Below, in pieces: positions 9,601 through 18,233 of a stretch of 64,000 nt of DNA. The DNA lies in the NCBI GenBank assembly GCA_020445765.1, contig JAGRFY010000060.1, positions 1,449 to 65,448 on the forward strand. Direction: 5' to 3'. Origin of the DNA: Rhodocyclaceae bacterium. GTDB lineage: Bacteria > Pseudomonadota > Gammaproteobacteria > Burkholderiales > Rhodocyclaceae. Under the pieces are notes generated by a model. That model had not been told where the DNA came from and searched no databases. It saw nothing but the letters and a program-made list of their open reading frames with translations. A program made the translations under genes and the position numbers. How positions within the stretch are numbered: position 1 is the first letter of the stretch; the number at the start of each line of letters is the position of its first letter.

Positions 9601-9687
9601 CTGCTGTCGGGCCTGATGGCGCTGGGCGCGGTGCTGTCGAATCGGCGGCAGCCAGGGGCGTCGCGCGTCGGTGCGGGCGGCCACTGA
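6616..9687 (+). CDS. Large surface/adhesin-like protein with choice-of-anchor U-like domain and IPTL-CTERM-type signal
   Basis: Signal peptide; Thr/Ala/Ser-rich Ig-like repeats; two SATYDAATGVLAVT repeats; DGNGDGIQD acidic motif; LTEGGPFDSDG...ITDPGGP; C-terminal VPTLSEWGMILLSGLM...RR. Confidence 0.85.
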   Translation: MRLNSVCHLRRSLVFLLSCAGVSIWGLAEAADVVISNGGTLGGTSVMGFDMGQSFTATKTGRITSIEVAASNNVSGTATLTIYAGAGSGGTVLYTKSGIDFSGVAAIVDPNVYGYTAISVDSEVNITSGNVYTFRLSPKTAIDIAYVNSNNYAGGALFSVDLGGFQNGNDIPFKVTQSDPLYDSDGNLTAGPGAETTLLASTVDTVGEAIDLMDFTITDGGGGDARSLTASQIVLHLGGTSSNTERSQIAWRLNGPDVSNVTGVYNSGSQTVTFSGLSIDVADGGNETYTVNAYFNSTSNLTDGHTVTLSVDGDTDVTVGTSTSHFGATTAVSNGSGAAIGVVATQLVFKTQPAGSVSGAALTTQPAVAATDAFGNTDIDFTGNVTVTEASPGALSGTNNQAAVGGTATFSNLAYTATADQESFTLTASSAGLTDGAANAVTSDVVATKLLFTTQPAPTSLTSGSATSFATVPVVKAVNAGDVVDTGYSTAVVLGVTDPADSIVDGTVNNLSGTGDTDGSGVTVTLSPASGVATFTGLGIQYTNGGASDTIALHATSGGLTAANSASLTVVLPLPTLSSATYDAATGVLAVTAANMTGGDTISVSKLTLTGEGGIPYALTSADVTASSATSFSVTLNSTDKEAVNRILNKNGTASTGATAYNLAAADDWDANSTSGDSSDPSNGVTVSNVAQPTITSATYDAATGVLAVTGTGLLSAAGSANDIVATKFSLFGQGAGAYTLTDTANVDIDSSTAFTMSLSATDQAGVNAVLDKNGTASQDNTPYNLIAAEDWAAGADPSVNVADTSGNGITVSNATDNDGVPNAVEDGVANPSGGGSGDGNGDGIQDSLQGHVASLPAAVGGAVVTLATRDASVPLAGVTALPAPNDPPPGVSFPFGMFSFTITGVGAGATENVQLFVPYNPAINGYWKKNNANAWVNIATSITRVGNKTRIVFPLTEGGPFDSDGNPATITDPGGPGALGLTTPVPTLSEWGMILLSGLMALGAVLSNRRQPGASRVGAGGH

Positions 9688-10272
9688 GTCCTTGGTTCGG
9701 GGCGGGCGGCTGCACGCATCGTGTGTCCGCCCGCCGAACCGAAGCGGTCCACGGTATCGCGGGGGAAAGGGCCAGCGGTCGGGTCTTGAAACGACATGTC
9801 CATGGCATTCGGAACGACTGCGGTCTCACCTTCCTGACAACTCACTGGCCGGTATCTGGTGCGGCTCCGGCACTTGACTTCGTGGGCTGCTCGCCATCAG
9901 TGGCCACGATGGCGGCCACCCTATCTGCTTGAGCAGTCGCTTTTCTCCATTCCGTGCGTCGTAACGCCGCGACCGGAGTATCCCGGCCATCTACGGCGGC
10001 ACGATTGCCCTGATCGGCAACCATGCGCGTGCCAGACCCGTTGCGCTGTCGCGGCCGATCTCGGAGGCATTCCAGGTCGTCATCGCGTTGGCCTTCGCAC
10101 CGATCATCGGGGTCGCGATGATCGGAAAGAGGGCCAACCCGTTGTACAGCAATCGGTGGTCGCTGCGCTGGGCGGACAACGAGGCCTGAATGGATGTGCT
10201 CCGGGATTCGCCATCGCCTCCGATCGGCGGGCCTTTCGCGCGCGCATGCGGGCTCGCGTTGCCGCCCCGGCC

Positions 10273-10911
10273 TTACTTCATCGTCTGGATGAAGCTGTCC
10301 GCCTCGGCGATGGCCTTGTTCATGTCCTCGATCAGCCGATCGACCTTGCCGCCGATGTTGCCCACCTCGCTCTTCAGCGCCGCCACGGCGCGGGCGTTGA
10401 GGTTGTGCTTGAGGAACAGCACCTGGTCTTCGAACACGCTCAGCACCGGGTCGATGCGGCTGCGTGCGTTCTTCATCGTGGCGATCATGCTGCCGTAGCG
10501 GCGTTTGGTGTCCTCGAGCTTCTGCTCGCTGGCGCGGCGCAGGCTGGCATTCGAATACTGGTCCAGCTCGTCGCGCCATTCATCGAACAGGTCGCCGGCG
10601 ACTCGCTCGATCGCGGCGATGCGACGGTCGACTTCGTCGACGCTGTCGCGGGTGTCCTCGACCTTGGCGTTGAGGCGCTTGTAGGTGGCCTCCAGATCGC
10701 CGCCGTCGAACTGGACCAGTCCGGAGAACTGTTCGTAGGCCGATGCGATTTCCTGCTTGGCCTCGAGTTGCGCGTCCTGCGCGTCCTCGACCCGGTCCAC
10801 CAGGATGTCGCGCTTGTAGACGCCGACCTTCTCGAGCGCGGAGTACTTGACCGAGGTGCAGCCGGCGGCCAGCACGAGGGCGGAGAGCAGAATCGTCAGT
10901 CTGTGGAACAT
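10273..10911 (-). CDS. DUF2959-family lipoprotein
   Basis: Lipobox LAAGC; EKVGVYKRDILVDRVE and FLKHNLNARA motifs; helical coiled-coil body. Confidence 0.85.
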   Translation of the reverse strand: MFHRLTILLSALVLAAGCTSVKYSALEKVGVYKRDILVDRVEDAQDAQLEAKQEIASAYEQFSGLVQFDGGDLEATYKRLNAKVEDTRDSVDEVDRRIAAIERVAGDLFDEWRDELDQYSNASLRRASEQKLEDTKRRYGSMIATMKNARSRIDPVLSVFEDQVLFLKHNLNARAVAALKSEVGNIGGKVDRLIEDMNKAIAEADSFIQTMK

Positions 10912-11056
10912 GGCTGATGTGCATCGGATGTGTGGGAACCCCCGGCAGTATACGGCAGCGTCGCGGGCGGGGATCGACCGTGCGCCGCTGGCCGCCTCCC
11001 TGCCGCCGGCTGAGCCCGTCCAACCTGCCTGCTTGCGGCGGCGCGGATGCGCAAAC

Positions 11057-12214
11057 TCACTGCTGTCGATACGCATTGCCGCCAGCGCCCAACCGAACGA
11101 TCGGGATGTCGAGGTGGTGCATCAGCTCGCGCACCACGAGCAAGGCGGCGACGAAGCGCGGGTCGTCGGGCAGGCCTTCGGCGGCGGCGGGCCGTCCCAT
11201 CGCCACGGCGGCCTGGCGCGAGAATACCTGCTCGACCGCGTCCCGGCTGATCGCCGTGGCGTCATCCCCGATGCCTGCGGCACGGGCAATCGCGCGCAAT
11301 TCGGGGCCGTCGCCGGCGATGTCGCTGCCAAGCACGCCGTTCGGCACGCGGGCGAGTTCGTCCTCGATGGCCATGATCGCATTCTCGATCGCGGCATCCA
11401 GCGGCAGGCGTGGCGTCAGGTGATCGCGGATCAGGCGATCGGTGCCGGGCGCGATCGACAACGGGGCATCGCCGGCGGCGCCGCCGACCAGTGCGGTGTC
11501 TTCGCCGCCGATGATCAGTTGCGCCGGCGGGCGCGGGGTCAGCAGCGACCGCTGCCACGCCAGCAAGTCGTCCGCCATCTGAGGGGAGACGGCGTGGCCG
11601 CCCGCATACAGGCGAAGCTGATGGGCGACACCGAGCCGGTCGAGCCAGGCGTCGGCGCGCTCTGCCCAACTGACGGGCAGCGTGCCGTCGTCGCGGCCAT
11701 GGGCGATCAGGCCCTGCAGTCGCGCCAGGCGCTCGGATGGTGCCAGCACCGCTTCCAGCTCGGGCAGGATGCGCCCGGACAGCACGGCGAAGCCGCGCAC
11801 CCGCTCCGGCGCGCTCAAGGCGACGCTGGCGCTGAGGATGCCGCCCTGGCTGAAGCCGGCGATGATCGTGCGCTCCGGGGCGATGCCGTGCGCGGCCTGC
11901 AAGGCGTCGACGAAGCGAATCAGCATGAGGCGGCTGGCTTCCGCCTCGTCGGCCCGGATCTTCGGCCCATTCGACGTGAAGGCGACGTTGAACCACGCGT
12001 ACTGCCCCGGACCCAGCGTCAACGGTCCGCGTGGCAGCACCACCAGGGTGTCGGGCGCGACGCCCGCCGCCAGCGCCGACAGGTTGGTTTCGTTGCCGCC
12101 TACGCCGTGCAGCAGGAGCAGCAAGGCGGTGGGCCGCCCGGACGCCGGCTGGCGTGCCTGGAAGGCGAGCTCGAACGACGATTCGGTGGCTTTTGTGATC
12201 GATGCATTGCTCAT
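11057..12214 (-). CDS. Phospholipase/carboxylesterase fused to a Ppx/GppA-like C-terminal domain
   Basis: LLHGVGG, GFSQG nucleophile elbow, HGRDD and GGH triad motifs; C-terminal IENAIMAIEDEL...LLVVRELMHHL segment. Confidence 0.75.
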   Translation of the reverse strand: MSNASITKATESSFELAFQARQPASGRPTALLLLLHGVGGNETNLSALAAGVAPDTLVVLPRGPLTLGPGQYAWFNVAFTSNGPKIRADEAEASRLMLIRFVDALQAAHGIAPERTIIAGFSQGGILSASVALSAPERVRGFAVLSGRILPELEAVLAPSERLARLQGLIAHGRDDGTLPVSWAERADAWLDRLGVAHQLRLYAGGHAVSPQMADDLLAWQRSLLTPRPPAQLIIGGEDTALVGGAAGDAPLSIAPGTDRLIRDHLTPRLPLDAAIENAIMAIEDELARVPNGVLGSDIAGDGPELRAIARAAGIGDDATAISRDAVEQVFSRQAAVAMGRPAAAEGLPDDPRFVAALLVVRELMHHLDIPIVRLGAGGNAYRQQ

Positions 12215-12534
12215 TTGATCCAACCCTTTGGTGAGTTTCCGTGTCGCCGTGCCCGGCGCGCCACGTCCCATTCGTGGGCCCGATGACCCGATGGCGTGCA
12301 GTCCTTGACTGAACTCTACCGAGCCAGAATTTCGAGATAAATGGGGTTTGCCGGCAAGGATTGTCCCGAGAGGAGCGACAATCGAGGCCGAAACGGCAAA
12401 GCCGGCGATCGGCCCGGTACTGGACCCGGCGCCACTGCGTCGATGCGGCGAAGCGGCTGCCCGCCTGGCGGCCGCTCACCGGCGTGCGACGGAGCCGCCG
12501 TGCGCTCGCGCCACGGTCCGTACCGGCGTCCGGT

Positions 12535-13587
12535 TCAACCTCCTTCGCCGTGACCCTCGCGCCGGTCGTTGTCCGCCCCTGGGGCCGGCACCAGCAGGTC
12601 GAAGCGGTCGGCCAGCGTGCCGTCGATCGCCTTGAAGCGGCACTGGGCGAGGTCGGGCCGCCCGTGCGGGTGGAAGGTGCAGAACAGTGCGCCTGCCCGA
12701 GCGCCCCGGTCGGCGGTGTAGGTCGCCGCCCACCAGTCACCGCCGCGCAGTTGCGGGCGCACGCTGTGGCCGCCGAGGCCGGTGACGAAGGCGACCGTGC
12801 GGCCGGGGCCGATCTGCAGTTCGCGGCCGGCCGCCACGAACGCCGGCGGATCGGCGAACCGGGTGATCACATGGGTGCGCGCATACGAGTGCTCGTGGGC
12901 GGTGGCGATGATCGCGCCGCCCTTGCGGCAGGCTTCGTACACCTCCCATCCGGCCTCGTCGCCCTTTTCGCCGAGCTGCATCGCCGCCTGGTTGAAGTGC
13001 CATGAACAGATCCGCCAGCGCGACGGCGAGCGGGCCAGCGTGGCGCGGATGAACTCGGCATGGTCCCGCCCGCGCTCGCCATACAGCACGCCGACCGCCG
13101 AGTTGATGAAGAGCAGGCCGTCGAAGACGCAGGCGGACTTGACGCCGAGGACCCCCTCACAGCGCGCCCGGCGCGACCGCCTTGCGCGCGCGCTGAGCAG
13201 TTGCTGGTAGCGGCGCCAGTCGTCGGCGTCATGATTGCCGAGTGACGCGAAGAACGGAAAATCCGGCCCGAGAATTGCGCTGACCATGCTGTCGAAGGTC
13301 TCGGGGCTGCCGCGATAGCCGAGGTCGCCGCCGGAGATCACAAGGTCCGCGCCCTCGGCCTTGATCAGCCGCAGCACGGCCTCGCTGTCGCCGCCCACCC
13401 CCTGGTCGCCGATGAAGGCGACCTCGAGGCCCTGTCGCGTTTCGAGCGGCTGCGAACGCGCCGGCGTGTCGAAGTGCAATGGCGGCAGCGTCTCGATCGG
13501 AATGCGGGGTCCGCAGGCGGCGGCGGATGCGGCGAGCAGGAGCATGCCGAGCCGGTGCGACAGCGTGCGTGCGGGGCGTGGGGTCAC
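12535..13587 (-). CDS. Calcineurin-like metallophosphoesterase lipoprotein
   Basis: FIGD, GGDLGY, GNHD, WH and AHEH metal motifs; lipobox AAAC; GTGA overlap with the MFS stop. Confidence 0.85.
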   Translation of the reverse strand: MTPRPARTLSHRLGMLLLAASAAACGPRIPIETLPPLHFDTPARSQPLETRQGLEVAFIGDQGVGGDSEAVLRLIKAEGADLVISGGDLGYRGSPETFDSMVSAILGPDFPFFASLGNHDADDWRRYQQLLSARARRSRRARCEGVLGVKSACVFDGLLFINSAVGVLYGERGRDHAEFIRATLARSPSRWRICSWHFNQAAMQLGEKGDEAGWEVYEACRKGGAIIATAHEHSYARTHVITRFADPPAFVAAGRELQIGPGRTVAFVTGLGGHSVRPQLRGGDWWAATYTADRGARAGALFCTFHPHGRPDLAQCRFKAIDGTLADRFDLLVPAPGADNDRREGHGEGG

Positions 13588-14780
13588 GGGTTTCCTCCGA
13601 TCGTCCGGGCTCGCGCCATCAGCCCGGCCAGTGCGAGGCCACAGAATATCGCGCCGGCATGAAAGGTGGCGGCTGCGCCGAGCGCGTCCCACAGCAGGCC
13701 CGCGACCAGGCTGGCGACCAGCATCGCGAGGCCGCTGACCAAGTTGAAGAAGCCGTAGGCCGTGCCGCGCAGGTCGGCGGGTGCGGCATGGGCGATCATG
13801 CTGGCCAGCAGGCCCTGGGTCATGCCCATGTGGACGCCCCACAGCGCCACCCCGGCGAGCAGCACGCCCCACTGCGTGCCGGCCGCCAGTACCAGGTCGG
13901 CGGCGATCAGCACGACCAGGCCGAGGGCCAGCAGCGTGTGATGGGAGATGCGGTCCGACAGCGCGCCGAAGGGGTAGGCCGACGCGGCGTAGATGCCGTT
14001 CATCGCCACCATCACCAGCGGCACCAGCGCCAGCGGGACGCCGGCCTGCTGGGCCCGCAGCACCAGGAAGGCTTCGCTGAAGCGCGCCAGCGTAAAGACC
14101 GCGCCGACACCCACCACCCACCAGTAGGCCGCACCGAGACGGGCCAGATTCGCCCGCGAAACCGGATTGCCGCGCCGGTGGCCCGACGCGCGCGGTGGCT
14201 CGCGTACGGCGAATACCAGCAGCGCGACGGCGAGCAGGCCCGGCACCACCGCCACCCAGAACACCGCGCGAAAGTCGTCCGCCCACAGCAGCATCAGGCC
14301 GACGGCCAGCAGCGGGCCGACGAAGGCGCCCACCGTGTCGAGCGACTGGCGCAACCCGAAGGCGGCGCCGCGCAGCGCAGGTGGGGCGATGTCGGCCACC
14401 AGGGCGTCGCGTGGTGCACCGCGGATGCCCTTGCCGACGCGGTCGAGCATGCGGGCGGTGAGCACCACGCCCATCGTCGACGCCAGCGCGAACAGGGGCT
14501 TGGTCAGGGCGCCCAGCGCATAGCCGGCCACCGCCAGGCCCTTGCGCCTGCCCCAGTAGTCGCTGAGCACGCCCGAGAACACCTTGACGACCAGGGCCGT
14601 GCATTCGGCCAGACCCTCGACCAGGCCGACCAGCAGAGCGCTCGCGCCGAGGGTCGTGACCATGAACAGCGGCAACAGGCTGTGGATCATCTCGGAGGAG
14701 ATGTCCATCGACATGCTGACCAGCCCGAGCGCCCAGATGCCCGATGGAAGCCGTGCCGGCGACGACGTCGATGTCTTCAT
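13584..14780 (-). CDS. MFS transporter
   Basis: About 12 hydrophobic segments; motif-A-like GVLSDYWGRRK; DRVGKGIRGAPRD. Confidence 0.92.
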   Translation of the reverse strand: MKTSTSSPARLPSGIWALGLVSMSMDISSEMIHSLLPLFMVTTLGASALLVGLVEGLAECTALVVKVFSGVLSDYWGRRKGLAVAGYALGALTKPLFALASTMGVVLTARMLDRVGKGIRGAPRDALVADIAPPALRGAAFGLRQSLDTVGAFVGPLLAVGLMLLWADDFRAVFWVAVVPGLLAVALLVFAVREPPRASGHRRGNPVSRANLARLGAAYWWVVGVGAVFTLARFSEAFLVLRAQQAGVPLALVPLVMVAMNGIYAASAYPFGALSDRISHHTLLALGLVVLIAADLVLAAGTQWGVLLAGVALWGVHMGMTQGLLASMIAHAAPADLRGTAYGFFNLVSGLAMLVASLVAGLLWDALGAAATFHAGAIFCGLALAGLMARARTIGGNP

Positions 14781-15050
14781 CCGCGGTTTGACCCTGCTGA
14801 CGTGCGAGAAGTGCGCCGCCGCCTTACGACGCGGACGGAAGCGCGCGACAAGGCACCGGAGTTTGCCGAAGGCGGCGAGCATGCCACCGCGACCGTGCCG
14901 CGCCGCTGGCCTGGATCGATTCCCGTATTCCGCGGGATCGGGCGTGCCCGGTCTTCTCCCCACATGGACTTACAAATCCCGCTCGGGCCGTGGTGCACGC
15001 ATCGGCGCCACCGCGCGTTGACGGCTTGGTACCGTCGAAGGAGATTGATC

Positions 15051-15224
15051 ATGACTCGAATCCTCGTCGCGCTGTCGATTGCGACTCTGCTGGGCGGCTG
15101 CATCGTGCTGCCGCTGGATTACGGGCACCGGGGTGGCCACGGCCATCGGCACCACGACGGCTGGGGCGATCGCCATCACTCCGACGGCCATCATCGCGGC
15201 TGGGGCGATCGCGACAGGCGCTAG
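15051..15224 (+). CDS. Small His/Gly-rich lipoprotein (57 aa)
   Basis: AAGGAG RBS, lipobox LLGGC, tail GHRGGHGHRHHDGWGDRHHSDGHH. Confidence 0.7.
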   Translation: MTRILVALSIATLLGGCIVLPLDYGHRGGHGHRHHDGWGDRHHSDGHHRGWGDRDRR

Positions 15225-15299
15225 CGCCGCCCGTGGCCGTAAGGCCCGCCCTGCGGCAGCGTCCGGGGTCGCCGGCGGGCGCCGGCGGTTGCACCGGAT

Positions 15300-16715
15300 T
15301 CAGTCGAGGCGATAGTGCTCGCCGCGCTGCGGGATGTCGATTGCGGTCCATCCCATCCGTTGCGACATCGCGTCGCGCAGCGCGGCGGACGCACCCGCCT
15401 CGCCATGGATGACGAAGGTGTGTCGTGGCGGTGCCTCGAACGCCGCCAGCCAGGCCAGCAGCGCCTCGCGATCGGCGTGGGCGGAGAGGCCGCCGATGGT
15501 GTGGATTCGCGCCCGGACCGCGATGCGCTCGCCGAACAGCGTGACCTGGCGCGCGCCATCGACCAGCCGCCGCCCGAGCGTGCCTGCCGCCTGGAAGCCG
15601 CAGATCACGATGCTGCACTCGCTGCGGCCGATGTTGTACTTGAGGTGATATCGAATCCGGCCGGCATCGCACATGCCGCTGGCCGAGATGATCACCAGCC
15701 CTGCGCGCTGCGAATTGAGCGCCATCGAGGCCTCGACGTCGGCCACGAAGCGCAGCCTGAAGCGGTCCCGATGGCTGCGCATCCAGGTCAGCAGATCGCG
15801 CGTCGGCTGGTCCCACAGCGCGTCGAAATCCATCGTCACCCCGGTCACCTCGGTGGCCATTGGCGAGTCTACGACGACGTGCAGCGGTGGTACCCGGCCG
15901 GCGCGCACCAGGGCCGCCAGGAAGAAGATCAGCTCCTGGGTGCGGCCGACCGCGAAAGCCGGAATGATGACGTTGCCGCCGCGCCGCCCGAGGGTCTCGT
16001 GCAGGGCCGCGGCCAGTTCCGCCTCGGTGTCGGCCAGGGGGCGGTGGGTGCGGTTGCCGTAGGTGGATTCGACACAGAGCACGTCGGCGTGCGTCACCGT
16101 CGCCGGGTCGCGCAGCACCGGTCGATCCGGCTGGCCGAGATCGCCGCTGAACACCAGCTGCCGCGAGCGTCCCGCCGACCCGTCGTCGACCGTGGCCTCG
16201 ATGATGGCGGAGCCCAGGATGTGTCCCGCGTCGCGGAAGCGGCAGCGCACCCGCGGGTGGAGCGACAGGGTTTCGTCGTAGCGCACCGGCCGCAGCAGTG
16301 CGAGGCTCTGCTGGGCCTGGGCGACGGTATAGAGCATCGGCGCCGTCCGCAGCTGCTGGCGCCGCTTGCGATGGCTTTCCCGCGCGGCCCGCTCGGCTTC
16401 CTTCTCCTGGATGTGCGCCGAGTCCAGCAGCATCACCTCGAGCAGGCGGATGGTTGCCTCGGTGGCGTGGATCGGCCCGCGATAGCCGAGTGCGGCGAGT
16501 CGCGGCACCAGGCCGGAATGGTCGATGTGGGCATGGGTGAGCAGCACGAAGTCGATCTCGCCGAGGTCGAAGTCGAGCGCCTCGAGGTTCCTGCGGCCGG
16601 CGCCCCGGCCGCCCTGGAACATGCCGCAATCGACCAGGAAGGTGACGCCGTCGGCGCGCACGCGGGTGCATGACCCGGTGACCTCGCCGGCCGCGCCGAA
16701 GAACGTCAACTCCAT
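15300..16715 (-). CDS. MBL-fold beta-CASP RNA-processing metallo-hydrolase (YSH1-like)
   Basis: GAAGEVTGSC, THAHIDH, VFSGDLG, ESTYG, GLSAHAD and IHGE motifs. Confidence 0.92.
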   Translation of the reverse strand: MELTFFGAAGEVTGSCTRVRADGVTFLVDCGMFQGGRGAGRRNLEALDFDLGEIDFVLLTHAHIDHSGLVPRLAALGYRGPIHATEATIRLLEVMLLDSAHIQEKEAERAARESHRKRRQQLRTAPMLYTVAQAQQSLALLRPVRYDETLSLHPRVRCRFRDAGHILGSAIIEATVDDGSAGRSRQLVFSGDLGQPDRPVLRDPATVTHADVLCVESTYGNRTHRPLADTEAELAAALHETLGRRGGNVIIPAFAVGRTQELIFFLAALVRAGRVPPLHVVVDSPMATEVTGVTMDFDALWDQPTRDLLTWMRSHRDRFRLRFVADVEASMALNSQRAGLVIISASGMCDAGRIRYHLKYNIGRSECSIVICGFQAAGTLGRRLVDGARQVTLFGERIAVRARIHTIGGLSAHADREALLAWLAAFEAPPRHTFVIHGEAGASAALRDAMSQRMGWTAIDIPQRGEHYRLD

Positions 16716-16989
16716 GCCGAACTCCCGCGCCATCGACTGTACGGTGGTTGGCCGCGCCGCCAAGCCGCGCGGTATCCGCTCTGTGTGTAGTCGCGGCGGC
16801 CGCGACGCGCAATGCCTTCGTGGATCGAAGTTGACTTGGATGCGATCGACGCCGGCCCGGGCGTCGCCGGCGGCGCGAGCCGGCCTTGCCCCCACTTCGA
16901 AGGCGGCTGCCTCGGAACACTTTGCTCCCCAGGCCCGGAAAATGCCGCTAAGGTGACGACTCGCTGCGAACTCTGGCGGAGGGCGGTCG

Positions 16990-17931
16990 ATGAGTGCGAT
17001 CTTCATCAGTTATCGGCGCGAGGACACCGAGGGCCATGCCGGGCGTCTGTTCGAGGGCTTGCGGGCGCGTTTCGGCGACGATTCGGTGTTCATGGACGTC
17101 GTCGCGATCGAGCCCGGCGTCGACTTCCGGCAGGTGATCGACGCCAAGATCGCCAAGTGCGACGTCCTGCTGGCACTGATCGGGCGCCAGTGGCTGTCGG
17201 CCGGCGACGGCAGCGGCGTGCGGCGGATCGACGACGCGCAGGATTTCGTCCGGCTCGAGATCGCCGCGGCGCTGAAGCGCGGCATCCCGGTGATCCCGGT
17301 GCTGGTGCAGGGCGCGCGGATGCCTTCGGCCGAGCAGTTGCCGGACGATCTGTCCGATCTGGCCTTCCGCAATGCGGTCGAGCTGACCCACGCCCGTTGG
17401 GAGTCGGATCTCGGCGTGCTGGCCAAGGCCCTCGCGCGCCTCATTGCACCGGACACTGCGGACGCCGAAGCTGCCGCACCGCCGCCCGCCACCCGTGGCG
17501 GGGGCGGCATCAGGTGGGCGCTGGCCGGGCTGGCCGTGCTTGGCGTGGGTGTCGGCGCGCTGACGATGCTCGGTGGCGACGAGGCGGCCCCGCCGCCGGT
17601 CGATGAACCGGCTGCGACAGTGCCGGGCGCTGCCGGCGGTCACGTCGAGGTCGACGGCTCGACCGTCCGCCAGGTCGACTATGTCGGTCTGGCCGGCGAA
17701 CCGAGCGGCTATTTCACGCAGATCGCGCCGGGCGAGTGGGCCGAGTTCGATGCCGGCAACCAGCGCAGTTTCGTGTTCAGCGAGGTCGGTCGGGACGACT
17801 GGTCGGTGTACCTGTTCGACGAAGGCCGCGGCGTCGATATCCAGCTCGATCTGCACACCCGCCAGATCGGCTACCGGATGGACGAGTCCCAGCCCTATAC
17901 CGAACTGTATTCGATCACCGGCGCCCGGTGA
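16990..17931 (+). CDS. TIR-domain protein with transmembrane helix and C-terminal domain of unknown function
   Basis: IFISYRRED TIR start; DFVRLEIAAAL contains the catalytic-position Glu; hydrophobic WALAGLAVLGVGVGALTML; C-terminal RDDWSVYLFD motif. Confidence 0.85.
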   Translation: MSAIFISYRREDTEGHAGRLFEGLRARFGDDSVFMDVVAIEPGVDFRQVIDAKIAKCDVLLALIGRQWLSAGDGSGVRRIDDAQDFVRLEIAAALKRGIPVIPVLVQGARMPSAEQLPDDLSDLAFRNAVELTHARWESDLGVLAKALARLIAPDTADAEAAAPPPATRGGGGIRWALAGLAVLGVGVGALTMLGGDEAAPPPVDEPAATVPGAAGGHVEVDGSTVRQVDYVGLAGEPSGYFTQIAPGEWAEFDAGNQRSFVFSEVGRDDWSVYLFDEGRGVDIQLDLHTRQIGYRMDESQPYTELYSITGAR

Positions 17932-18233
17932 GCGGCCGCCGGGCAGCCGGGCGAATGCCCTCCGGTGCGGGTCGAGGCCCGCGCCGCCGGTGCAGGCGCC
18001 CGTGCAGCCATCGCTTCGGCTGACGCCGCGCTTGCGCCGCGCGCAGTTGCAGGCGGCGGGGCCGGGGCGGATCGTCCGGTCCGTGCAGACCGATGGCGGC
18101 CGACCCGGCGCACTCAACTTTGCGGCTCATCCGCCGTAGCCGTACCGTGTGGCCGAGCCGGGTCGGGAAGGGGCCGGCGGCCGGCAGAGGAGGCGCCGCA
18201 GCGGCGTGGCGCCCCGGGTTTGGAGCGAAATAC

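Noticed and set aside
9991-10179. 62-aa minus-strand ORF downstream of DUF2959
   Set aside because: No RBS, motif or codon-bias support.
15300-17931. beta-CASP nuclease plus TIR protein as a two-gene defence system
   Set aside because: The genes are divergent with about 270 bp between them, and the nuclease looks like the widespread YSH1-like family. Adjacency alone is not enough.
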